Shown: positions 51,101-64,000 of the stretch, in pieces
How positions within the stretch are numbered: position 1 is the first letter of the stretch
Layout: each line of letters begins with the position of its first letter
Assembly: GCA_951406725.2 (NCBI GenBank)
Contig: OX597821.1
Coordinates: 36,766,001 to 36,830,000, forward strand
Source of the DNA: Octopus vulgaris
Taxonomy: Eukaryota
DNA length: 64,000 bases
Reading direction: 5' to 3'
Notes under the pieces: model-generated
Told to the model about the DNA's origin: nothing
Database searches by the model: none
What the model saw: only the letters and a program-made list of their open reading frames with translations
Program-made: the position numbers and the translations under genes

Positions 51101-51311
51101 AACGGGAAGGTTTACGAAAATAAACAAAAGACGAAGGCAGGTGGAGTACAAACAAACAAATGTTTTAGTATAGCGCTCAGGAATAGAAATAGAAAAAGTC
51201 TTTTACGATTCGAGCCTATGCTCTTCGACAGAAAGATACACAGAAAAAAACAAGGAGAGAAACAAGGAGAGAAAAAAAATGCGTGTAGGAGCTAACGATC
51301 TATCATGGCGT
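51101..51311 (-). mobile_element. second copy of the ~200-bp variant-hammerhead repeat (motif 51198-51236)
   Basis: TCTTT-CTGTCGAA-GAGC ATAG GCTC-GAAT-CGTA-AAAGA; 3' end abuts (TA)n. Confidence 0.6.
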
Positions 51312-51384
51312 CCTGACTTCGGACATATATATATATATGTCTGTTTCTCTCTATATACACGGCGTTTACATATATACCATAAGT

Positions 51385-51435
<51 letters not shown>

Positions 51436-52023
51436 GACAGTCAAGTATGTATATCTCTATACGAGCGTTTTTGTGGAAGCAGGTACGTGCGTTTGTGTGT
51501 TTGTGCGTGTACATGCGTGCGTGAATGCGTGTGTAAAGTTGTGAGTGTTTTCTAGGAATATAATTAGCTTTAAATATACTTACACAGACACGCACACGAG
51601 CACAAAGACAATCGCACTCACGCTCACACTCACCACAAAAAAAAAACAACGAAACAGGCAGTAACAATGCCAAGTCATGCTACGAGTGCGAGTATGGAAA
51701 GGGGCAGAGTTATTAACGTAAGAGCAAAAGTTGCACTAATAGTCACGATGATTAGACATCGGATCCGTTGCGTTGTAAATCATACAACATTGTCTTTTCT
51801 CAAACAACAGACTTAAACTAAACGACCACTGACTGGTGGAGGGTATTTAGCGTTTGTCTGAATGTCTGTTTGTGTGTGCGTGTGTGCGCGTGAGTTTGTG
51901 CGCTTGTATGTGTGACAGGGGTATGTGAAAGTATGTGTGTTAACCGGTGAATCTTGTAGGATAGAGAAGAGTATTGAAAAAAAAAACGAAGATCATCGAC
52001 GTCGGTAAGAGCAGTATACCAGA

Positions 52024-52075
<52 letters not shown>

Positions 52076-52388
52076 GCGTGGCTGTCATAGACGCAGGCGT
52101 GGCTGTATGGTAAGAAGCTTGCTTCCCAACCACATGGTTCCGGGTTCAGTCCCACTGCGTGGCACCTTGGGCAAGTGTCTTCTGCTATAGCCTCGGGCCG
52201 ACCAAAACCTTGTGAGTGGATCTGGTAGACGGAAACTGAAAGAAGCCCGTCGTTTATATATATATATATATATAGTCATAAAATACAGTGTAGATTTAAA
52301 CACATGAGGAATCCACTCGTGGGATTCAACACGCTAGAAAGAACAGCTAGGTTCCATAACCACAAAATTAGGGATAAAATTCGACAGG

Positions 52389-52442
<54 letters not shown>

Positions 52443-52508
52443 ATGTGTGTGTGTGTATGTATGTATGTATGTATGTATGTATGTATGTATGTGTGTGTGT
52501 GTGTATAT

Positions 52509-52732
52509 GCGGCGAGCTGGTAGAAACGTTAGCACGCCGGGCGAAATGCTTAGCGGTATTTCGTCTGGCGTTACTTTCTAAGTTCAAATTCCGCCGAGGT
52601 CGACTTTGCCTTTCATCCTTTCGGGGTCGATTAAATAAGTACCAGTTACGCACTGGGGTCGATATAATCGACTTAATCCGTTTGTCCTTGTTTGTCCTCC
52701 CTGTGTTTAGCCCTTGTGGGTGGTAAAGAAAT
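52509..52732 (+). mobile_element. SINE family A
   Basis: Full head and body; further copies at about 45563-45770, 47205-47395 (minus) and 62245-62575. Confidence 0.88.
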
Positions 52733-52819
52733 ACGTATATGCGGAACCGCTAGATTACAGGGACGTCAACACACTAGCATCGGTTGTCAAACGATTGTGG
52801 GAGGACAAACGAACAAATT

Positions 52820-52858
<39 letters not shown>

Positions 52859-53122
52859 ATAAAATCACACAGGTACACATACACACACACACACAAGCAC
52901 ACACTAGATATGAAATTGTTGATCTACTTGCACTTTTTGATTTTTTTCCTTTATCATATGGTTGGTAAGCAAGCTACTTACCACAGAGCCACTCCTGCGT
53001 CTAGTTGACTATTAAAAGCAAAATGTTAAATATAACCAGTGCGAGTGTTTCATAAAGGCAAAAATGACCCTCCCAAGATAGAACAACATACTTAACTATA
53101 AATATGTATGAATATATTCATC

Positions 53123-53156
<34 letters not shown>

Positions 53157-53508
53157 TATGTGTGTGTGTAAGTGTGTGTGTGTAAGTGTGTGTGTGTAAG
53201 TGTGTACGTGTGTGCACGCGTACGTGTGTGTGCATGTGTGTTTTATGTATCTCGTAAAGAGTTTATATGCGCCTGCATCTAAAACTATATTTCTATATTT
53301 GTTGTTTCAATGCCAGCTAAATTTTTTGTGGTTATATAGACCCAATATTTATATTTATGTCTTCTGTAAACATTTCCCCCTTCCTCCTCTCTCTCTCTCT
53401 CTCTCTCGCTCGCTCTAACCTGTATACACACACCTACATCGCATACACACATATGTGTATATGAATACACATGCGTGTGTATATATACGATATAGGAGTA
53501 CGTATATA

Positions 53509-54075
53509 CGAGGGTGTGCTGAAACGTTCCTGGTTTTAAGGGTATCGCTGAAGGCCCAATCTCCTGGGTTCTTTTACTGGGCTTAGAAAAACTGAAGGAC
53601 CGCTGCAGTAAAGGTGTAAATCTAAGAGCAGAATATCTCTATATATAAACGGCAAAATGTCTGTGTGTGTGTCCTTTATACAAATCCACAATTTTTCAGT
53701 TAGAGGGCTCGCACTTTCTATGGTCATTCAAAACCGTCCAAGGATGGTCATGCACATCTTTACATTTCTTCAGTTACCCTGCAAAGTCATTAAAAAATCA
53801 ATAGAAGTGACATTTTTGTGAATATTTTATCCAAAACCCAATCAAAATGCCCGGAACTTGATACGCCAATTGAATGCCAGCTAGCTGTATGTGATTGGTC
53901 GGGGATTTGACTAGTACTCGCGTGTATGTGTGCACGCACGCAGCTGTATATGCATGCACTAGCACTATGACCCGGCGTTGCCGCGTCATAGTGCTAGTAT
54001 TGAATAAAATCAATACTTAACTGATCCTCCTTTATTTTCTTTTACCCGAGGCCAGAAACTTTTCAGCACCCCTCG
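53509..54075 (+). mobile_element. mariner-derived MITE interrupted by a Helitron
   Basis: TIRs CGAGGGTGTGCTGAAACGTTCCTGG / CCAGAAACTTTTCAGCACCCCTCG. Confidence 0.8.
53636..53997 (+). mobile_element. non-autonomous Helitron with a long terminal hairpin
   Basis: A|TC start and CTAG|T end; ACTAGCACTATGACCCGGC-GTT-GCCGCGTCATAGTGCTAGT. Confidence 0.85.
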
Positions 54076-54079
54076 TGTA

Positions 54080-54122
<43 letters not shown>

Positions 54123-54315
54123 TGTACCGAAGTAGAAAGAATGATAATTGTGCATAACTGTATACATGTCGTTTGTATATTTCTATAAACATGTATCGAT
54201 TCATCCATATATTTTTTTCTTTGCATTTGTGTGTATCGGTGTGTGTGTGTGTGTGTGTGTCTATGTGTATGCGCATATGTGTATGTGTATGGGCGATTGT
54301 GTACGTGTATGCGCG

Positions 54316-54379
<64 letters not shown>

Positions 54380-54507
54380 TTTGTCTGCTCAGAGTGTGAT
54401 TGTTCGTTCACTTACAGTTGATATTTTATATTAGTTCTTTATCTTCTTTATTAGTTTTTAACCATTAAAGAGCGAACTATTTAACACACACACACCCAAC
54501 CACCAAG

Positions 54508-54551
<44 letters not shown>

Positions 54552-54649
54552 ATGCATACAAACACACAGGTTCGTAGAACTGCGCTACTCGCACATACAC
54601 AATCTATCGCATAAGTGCACACATACACCCGTACATATATATATATATA

Positions 54650-54733
<84 letters not shown>

Positions 54734-54736
54734 CAG

Positions 54737-54782
<46 letters not shown>

Positions 54783-55072
54783 CCTCATACACATACGCTG
54801 TTATAAACGCACATATACACAAATGCATACTCACATACCTAGCTGTATACATACACACAGATACAGGTAATGTACACTTCTCGCCACATGTACACACACA
54901 CACACACACGCACATACACACACACACACACACGCACAAATGTCTACACACCATATAACTGCTATGGATAGCCTCAGTCTATTTGGTTTCGATTTCCCAG
55001 TTCTGTTTTCATAACAATTCTTTCAATGCGGTGTTTTTGTAAAGCTTGTTCTTTATCATCACCATCATCATC

Positions 55073-55104
<32 letters not shown>

Positions 55105-55284
55105 CACCATCGTCGTCATCGTCGTCGTCGTCGTCGTCATCATCATCACCGTCATCATCACTATCATCATCAGCATTTTCTTCTCTTCCTCCTCCTCCTC
55201 CTCCACCCTCTTTTATCACCATCATCATCCTCTTCATACCACCACCATCGCTAGCAGCACCATCTTCGTTGATATCATTATATA

Positions 55285-55342
<58 letters not shown>

Positions 55343-55459
55343 CGCGCGCGTGCGTGCGTGCGTGCGTGTGTGTATTTATATACAAATGTATGCGTGTCTC
55401 CAGCATGACCGCAGTCAAATGACTAAAGTAAAAGAATAAAAGAATAAAAATATATAAAC

Positions 55460-55576
<117 letters not shown>

Positions 55577-55728
55577 TTGAACTAAATCTGACGATCCTTT
55601 GTGCCTCCCTTTTTCAGGAATATATTGATCCATTAGCGAACAGTCAACGGTGCTGGAAAGCATAAAGATTAAAGTGGTCGTTGAGAAAAAGTTAATTGAT
55701 GTGTGTGTGTGTGACCTCGTGTGTACCA

Positions 55729-56493
<765 letters not shown>

Positions 56494-56496
56494 TAG

Positions 56497-56568
<72 letters not shown>

Positions 56569-56723
56569 GTAAAAAATATATACAAACTGGGACAAGAACG
56601 TGAAACACCTAGAAGACGACACAAGAACCACAGGACGGGACATTCGAAGCCCTCAGTCATCAGTCAATAACCGGATCATCTTCGCAATTTCGGCTGATTA
56701 ATCTTGAGATATATATATATATA

Positions 56724-57892
56724 CAGGGTGTGTAAGATATTTGAGAGCAGATTTATGTTTATTAAAAAAATGCTATTCAATCAGCTTCAACAACTGCTTC
56801 TATATGAGATCTAAATCACCTGCATACTCGAATCAAGTGGTCCTGATTCATTTTCGACATTACTCTGACTATGGCAGCTTTCATAGAATCTTTGGTTTTA
56901 CGGATGTGTTCATTGACCTCTCCCTCAACAACGCTCCACGTGTAATAGTCCAATGGATTGAGATCTGGGGAATTAGGAGGCCATATGTTTGAGGTTATGT
57001 GATCATAAAATTTTTTAACCATCCATTCCTGTGTTACTAGAGCCGTGTGTGATAGTGCAGGGTATTACTGGAATTCATATGACCTTCTATTGCATATACT
57101 GTCTGTCCAGGGCTTAACAATTATATCCAGGACCACAATGTAGGCGGCAGAGTTAACTCTAAGGCCTTGTGGAAAGAAGTAAGGAGGCATCACTTGTCTT
57201 TCATTGCTGACAACCCCTAAAACCTTGATAGTTGCAGGAAATTCTGTATGCGTAGCACTTGGAACTTCAAAAGGGTCTGCACATAACCATCTGTCATTTC
57301 TTCTGTTAACTTTTTGATCTTGGTCAAAGTTTTTTCGTTCGAGAAAAACCAAATCAAATCTGCTGCTGGAGTTTTCAGTTTGTTTAAAGCCTTCTAGATC
57401 TGATGTAGTGATATTTTATTTTGCTTTTTCGGACAAATTGACCTTCCTTCATTATATAAGACTTATACCTGATATCTTCGTGGACAACATTTCTCATTGT
57501 TCCTTCTGACACATGGAGTTCTTTTGCAATTGACCTCATGGACTTTCTCGGGTTGTAATCAATGGTCTGTTCAACTCGCTGAATAAATTCAAGTATTCTG
57601 ATGATTTCAGAGTGTTTAGAATGATTTTTTATGCTTTAATACTGGTGATACGTTTCCATCTTTAGTCTTTAGCTCTTTACAAACTGTGTAGACGAAAGAT
57701 ATGGCAACTTTTAAAATTCGAGATATTTCTAAATCGCTATGCTCAGCCTTTATAACCTAAATAACAGCATGCATCTTGAGTAAGCTGAGGGTCTGCCATT
57801 TATTATTTTCTGAAACAAAGATTACACAGAGTAAGCCAAAAATGCAACAATGACCATAAAAACGTATGTCCTCAAATACCTTACGCACCCTG
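56724..57892 (-). mobile_element. Tc1/mariner element of maT/DD37D type, decayed
   Basis: TIRs CAGGGTGTGTAAGATATTTGAG / CTCAAATACCTTACGCACCCTG with TA flanks; IWPPNSPDLNPLDYY and KVNRRNDRW motifs. Confidence 0.85.
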
Positions 57893-57897
57893 TATAT

Positions 57898-58109
57898 ACT
57901 CTTTTACTCTTTTACTTGTTTCAGTCATTTGACTGCCGCCATGCTGGAGCACCGCCTTTAGTCGAGCAACTCGACCCCGGGACTTATTCTTTTTGTAAGC
58001 CCAGTAGTTATTCTATCGGTCTCTTTTTGCCGAACCGCTAAGTGACAGGAACGTAAACACACCAGCATCGGTTGTCAAGCAATTCTAGGGGAACAAACAC
58101 AGTACACAA

Positions 58110-58142
<33 letters not shown>

Positions 58143-58311
58143 CATATATACGACAGGCTTCTTTCAGTTTCCGTCTACCAAATCCACTCACAAGGCATTG
58201 GTCGGCCCGGGGCTATAGCAGAAGACACTTGCCCAAGATGCCACGCAATGGGACTGAACCCGGAACCATGTGGTTGGTTAGCAAGCTACTTACCACACAG
58301 CCACTCCTGCG

Positions 58312-58313
<2 letters not shown>
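57898..58313 (-). mobile_element. SINE family B, full length
   Basis: Complete head through (GTAAAAGA)n tail. Confidence 0.9.
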
Positions 58314-58378
<65 letters not shown>

Positions 58379-58385
58379 TACATAT

Positions 58386-58426
<41 letters not shown>

Positions 58427-58460
58427 ATACTCGCATACACATGTACGTACGCACGCTCGA

Positions 58461-58504
<44 letters not shown>

Positions 58505-58913
58505 ACACACAAACAAACAAGCAAACACACAAACACACACACAGAAATAAAAAGTTTCTCACGATAACAAGAAATATTTCATGTGTAAAGGATTTATATA
58601 AAGAACTCAATGAACAAGCCCAAATTATTATCTAGTCCAGAGTACTGATGTATTAATTAATCTGATTATGCCACAAAATAGAATCTTGATTATGCAAGTT
58701 AAAATACTCGAGGTGAAAATATGCACTTTAATATGATTAACTAAGCTATTATTTTAAAATGCTAGTAAGTACAGGTACAATACCTACGTTCAGTGGTCCG
58801 GGAACGAAATTTGCTTCGAGGGTGCGAACACAGGTCCAAATTTTTTACGAAAATGTGTGGATTTTTTCAGTGTTAATATCAGTACAAATGCAGGTATAAT
58901 AATAATTTTTATC

Positions 58914-59990
58914 ATGAGAGTCGGCTGAAATGCTCATAGGCTGAGCAAGACATCCTCATGGAATGTGGCCAAATGAAGTTCATTTTTTAACATAGTTCCT
59001 CTTACTGTCTTACTTCTATTAGTGTTGCAGTGCTTGGATCACAAGAAGCTATCCTGTTGGTCAAAATGGTCATCAACGGCAGAAAAGCGTTACTGGTGCC
59101 CAATCAAGTGTTTTTTCGTGTTGGGAAACCGATGATGGTCAAATGGACCCAAATCACTAAAATAGGTGAGGGTGATCAACCAGTTCAAAGCCAGTTACGC
59201 AAGCAACCATTGAAACCAAGGACTTAAGTATTGTCCTAATGAAACAAGATCCCCTTCATCATTTTTTCTGGGCGTTGGTCTTGATAGCCTTTCGTAACTG
59301 CCTTAGCAAGTTGGCATAGATCTCTTTATTGATGGTGTTATCATTTTGAAGATAGTCAAACATAATGCTTTTTGCATTTCAAAAAACTGAGACATTCACC
59401 TTCCCAGCAGATGAAACGACCTTGCCTTCTTTAGAGCAGGTGAAGAGGACTGTTTCCACTGCATGGATTGCCTCTTTGTTCTGGTTCTGAGCGATGAAGC
59501 CAACACATCCTAGTTTAGAAAACGTTCAAGGAAACAAGCTGGATCTACACCAAACAATGTTAGATATTCCCATAATGTGACTAGTCTGATGTGCTTTTGA
59601 CCAAGTGTCAGAAGACGTGGCCCCCACCAAGCAGAAAACTTCGTCATGCTAAGTTCATTGTGCAGAATATTCTCCACTCTCTCATGGGATATGCTAATAA
59701 TGCTGATTATTTTCTTTATAATCAATCGCCTGTCATCCATCACCATGTGGTGAACGCGATCAATGTTTTCCTCGGTGGTGGTAGCTGCAGGACATCCAGA
59801 CCAGGGGTCTTCTCAAAACTCTTCCCCTGCTAAATTTAGCTGCCACTTTTGCACTGTTGATAAAGCTGGAGCGTCATCCCCTAATGTACCAACCATGTTG
59901 GCATGAATGTCCTTGAGAGCTAAACCCTTTTTTCTGCAGGTATTTGATTACGGCATGACACCAAATTTCGTCGATTTTCAAGAGAAGCTG
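58914..59990 (-). mobile_element. decayed mariner
   Basis: ILHNELSMTKFSAWWGPRLLT and QSMQWK remnants; boundaries approximate. Confidence 0.75.
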
Positions 59991-60154
59991 CTAACACTTA
60001 CATTTGAAGTTTCTCTGAATAATCAGATGTCAGTTTACCGGGAAATAAATAATGCAGTTATTAATAAGAAGTCTTGAAATTACTGCAAGCAAGATTCCAC
60101 AACTCTCGCTTCTCTCTTTCATTGTCAGCCTGTGAACTTTTTACTCCACTCTTG

Positions 60155-61900
60155 TACATATGTAAAAGTGCTACAAATTTTTTCAAAAAATTTTCCACGC
60201 TCGATCGTTTTGACAATGAAACTTTCCATGAATATGAGCAAAGCTTTTACTTGCACAAGATTTTATGCGCATGCATTATGGCACGGTGTGTTAGGCGCTG
60301 CCGCGTAATTGTGGTACGGAGCCAGGTCTTCAAACGGCGAAGTGCGCTGAACGTTCTCACGATTTATGCAAAGACAGAATAAGCTGCAAGCGAGAGAACG
60401 CTCAGTGCACTTCACCGTTTGAAGACCTGGCTCCATACCTCAATGATGCAGCACCGTCAAACACACTGTGCTATAATGCATGTGCATAAAAACTTGTGCA
60501 TTAAAAATGTTTTGCACATCCTCATGGAAAGTTTTATTACCAAAACGAGAGTAGAAAACTTTTTAGAATGACTTAGAGCACTTTTCCATATATACGAGAC
60601 AGAAGCTGCTTTGGCATCAACATTTACGCGAACGAATAACAACATCAGAAGCTCCATTTTCAACAATGTCATGCAATTATTTTGGGCAAAGCTTCTTTTT
60701 GCGTCCACAGGCCAGTAAGGAGTTTGGTTTGTAATGACAGTGAGGGCAAGTAAAACACAAAAAGGCAGGTATGTATTTGCAAGCTCAAATGTCCCACAGC
60801 TGACTGCCGATAACTGCGAATCCTCTTGCTCAGAGCATATGCACATTCCCTTTTGCTGAAAGCAGTAATTCAGTCCATTTTCGTAGGCATCAATGATGCT
60901 GAAAACTTGCCGATGCCAGTCATCGATGACAAAAAGAGCTCTTTCTTTAGTAGTTGTTGTATATCTGAAGCGCAGCAGTGTGTTCTTGAAACGAAACGTG
61001 TTAAACATTTTCACAAAGTCAGTAGAGGATATTTCGCTGAAACAGTTTTCAAAACCTTTTTCATTTCTCATTTTTGAAAGAGAGTTCAACTTCTTGATCA
61101 GCTTCAAGGAGTCGCCGGCTGTAGTGCCTGAACGTTGTAAGCTACGTGCAACAGATTCACAAATTGCAAATACATTCCCAGCCACCTTAATACCGAACAA
61201 ATAGAAGCTTTGCCAGATTGTTTCAGCAGTCATTTGACAGTAGCTTTTGTTGTTGCTCATAGCGATCTATCATTCAGAAGCTCCAGTAAGAAATCGTTAA
61301 TCTTCTCATAGTTGCTTCCCGCCCGTTTCAGTGCTGTTGCTCTAATGCACCAAGTTGGATACATAGCACTGCATTCTTCGGAAAGTTCTTTTACGAGGTA
61401 TATGATGTTTCCTGTGTCATGTTCATGCCCTTATAATGCCAGGCCCTGCCTAGTACAGAATCTGACCGTTTTGAAAATAATTTTTAATGTTTGCTAAGCT
61501 ACTTCTTGTTACTGAATCGACTGCTTATTCAGAAGCACGAATATGTCTGTCTTTGGCCAAAAGTGCTAACTGCTTTCATGTGGTGGCTGGAATGGCTATG
61601 TGCAGCGATTCTTTGTGTAATGTTACCCCAGTTTCGTAAACAAGTGAAGAAAGCAGCTTCCTTAAGCATAACAGAATTACGCCGACGAACTCAGTCGGCA
61701 TAACAGTAGATAACAGCACCATGCTGAATATCATAATGAAGCCAAAGGGCTTCCTTGAACCAGACTGGCAGTTTGAGCGTTTCTTTTGTCTGATGAACAG
61801 ATAAGGAAGGACACAAAACGCAAAAAATGGAAATGGAGATTTTAGTTAACTGCATTATCTCTAAAGTAAAGATCTTCTGTCGTGTGCACAAGAAAACTGT
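60155..61900 (-). pseudogene. hAT transposase relic with an inverted duplicate of its dimerization-domain end
   Basis: SVARSLQRSG...MRNEKGFE in ORF 60457-61260; RTFSALRRLKTWLRTT on minus at ~60310-60357. Confidence 0.7.
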
Positions 61901-62595
61901 GGGAAGTGGCAAGTTTGCAAACTGAGTTGCAGGGTGGGGTGGTCTCCGTGTACACATGAATCACTGTTATTTTCCAAAATTTCCCGTCTGTTAATGTGTG
62001 TGTGTGAGTGTGAGTGCGCGGGTGTGTGTTGTCTCGTGTGAATTTTTGTTTAATGGAACTAACTTAACTTACCTTTTTCTCTCAGAGCAGATTTTTTTGT
62101 CTACTTTGTTGTAAAACCTTAAAGCCAATGTATATGGACGTTTGTGTGTATCTATGTTTCTGCATATGTCTTTATGTTTACGTGACTACACATATGTGAC
62201 CGTTTATTGATATCTATATATGTTTATTATTGTATGCACGTTAAGGGCGGCGAGCTGGCAGAATCGTTATAGCACTAGGCGAAATGCTTAGCAGCATTTC
62301 GTCTCTCTTTCCGTTCTGAGTTCAAATTTCGCAGAGGTCGACTTTACCTTTCATCCTTTCCGGGTCGATAAAATAAGTACCAGTTAAGCACTGGAGTCGA
62401 TGTAATTAACTACCCCCTTCCCGTTCTGAGTGCAAGTTTCGCTGAGGTCGGCTTTGCTTTTCATTCCTTTCATGGTTGATAAAATAAGTACCAGTCAAGT
62501 ACTGAGATCAATGAAATCAACTTCTGCCTCCCTCCCTCAAAAAGTGCCGATCTTGTTCCAAAATTTGAAACCGTTATTATATGCACATTAATGTA

Positions 62596-63161
62596 TTGGG
62601 TTGTCCGGAACGCTCGTGCCGATTTATAGCAGCTTACCTTTCGACTTATTTTAGAACATGGTTCAGTCCATAAAATAGGATTTGGTTACACCTCTACAAA
62701 GAGCACAGTTTAAGCTATCTTTTCGTGGAAGAAGGTTTATGTTCCTACAAACTGTGTTAATTCTGTAGCCCTTTAAAATAGAAGATAAGAAAGTTCATTT
62801 TCGGCACTTGATACTTTGAGAACCAGGCAAAAATTGCTGCAGCTCAGCTGAGATGTGTTACCCCACTCTCCATATTCACCAGATATTGCTCCTTCGGATT
62901 TCCACTTATTCAGGTCTCTGAAGAATAGTCTTAATTGTAAAAATTTAAATTCCTTGGATGACGTAAAAAGATACCTTGATGAATTCTTTGCCATGAAACC
63001 ATCTCAATTCTGGGAAGGGGGTATTATCAAGTTAAAGGAAAGATGGAGACGCATTGTGCAACGAAATGGTTCATATTTGGTTGATTAAAAATGTAATAGC
63101 AAGTATTTATTGACCTTTTTCTTTCCTTTAAAAATCGGCAAGAACTTTCCGGACAACCCAA
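62596..63161 (+). mobile_element. internally deleted mariner
   Basis: TIRs TTGGGTTGTCCGGAA / TTCCGGACAACCCAA with TA flanks; YSPDIAPSDFHLFRSL C-terminus. Confidence 0.9.
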
Positions 63162-64000
63162 TATATATTCATGGTTTCATGAATATTTTCGTGCTTCATA
63201 ACATCCTACCCTCTTCTAAGTGGCACGCATGCGTACACGACGATTTCCATGACAAGTAGATGATGAGTTTGATTCTTCAGCTGATGATGATTGCTCCTCC
63301 GTCATTTTCGACGATGAGCATCCAGCTGTTTGCGTAACTGAATTCCTTATTCCTTAAATTAACGTTACAGTGGAAGAGTAATCAGCATCCTTGTGTATAT
63401 CTAATACGATAGGCAGGTTAAATAGGCATGACGCTATATGCAATATGGTTTATCTTTTAAATTACATGTAAAATACACCTCACAGGCTTCCATACATTTT
63501 TCTGGCAAGGCATCGGATCGATTAATCCGATGTTATAGTAGAAGACACGCAATGGGATCGAACCCGGGAGAGGGACATCATTAGAATGATGCAAAATACT
63601 TAAATATCCGTTCATGCATGTATCTACACCTATAAGCGAGCGTGCGTCTGTATGTGTGTGTGTGTTTGTGCGCGCGCTTGTGTATGCGTTCTAAAGAGGG
63701 ACACAAAGCCAAAACTCCTGGTTCAGTAGTACATCCTAAAGTCCATTCGTTTAAACGAGGGTCATCAAACATAATGGATAAACTAATGTGTAGAATACAG
63801 GCCACATAGTAGTATTAGTAAAATATAGAAAACATATTTAGTATTTTTGCAAAAAACCTTTGATGATTTCATAAGATTACATAATAATGTAATCATGTCA
63901 GTTGATTTAACAAAACCCGTGTATGTTTTATGAAGCTTCCAATACTAAATATGTGCTTTGTATTATATTAATACTATGGTTATGTGTACATGTATATATC

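Noticed and set aside
56580-56710. CTGATGA...GAATGTC on the minus strand as a hammerhead
   Set aside because: No stem II or intact GAAA; probably a truncated repeat fragment next to (TA)n.
60457-61260. 267-aa ORF as an intact host gene
   Set aside because: A degraded hAT segment that runs into the antisense of the inverted duplicate.

Overview
AT-rich, microsatellite-dense eukaryotic DNA that is almost entirely repetitive. The SINE families and repeat landscape suggest an octopod cephalopod (Octopus); this is inference. No host protein-coding gene can be supported, and nearly all ORF-track entries are translated microsatellites or SINEs. The only intact coding unit is a ~4.2 kb CR1-group LINE (35530-39702, minus). 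Its ORF2 has no AUG before residue 226. The ORF2 frame overlaps ORF1 by ~230 nt in the -1 frame, and that overlap holds two correctly phased slippery heptamers, a candidate -1 ribosomal frameshift. Several unrelated short repeats next to (TA)n tracts carry type-I hammerhead ribozyme motifs (Penelope pseudo-LTR or retrozyme-like), some with very long stem II and some as inverted fold-backs. Also present are many tRNA-derived SINEs (one four-unit multimer inside a single TSD), decayed Tc1/mariner, hAT, Gypsy and RLE-LINE relics, two non-autonomous Helitrons and nested Merlin-like MITEs with telomeric hexamers. One mariner carries a microhomology-bounded inverted copy of nearby DNA. All calls were made by eye, with no database searches or folding runs.
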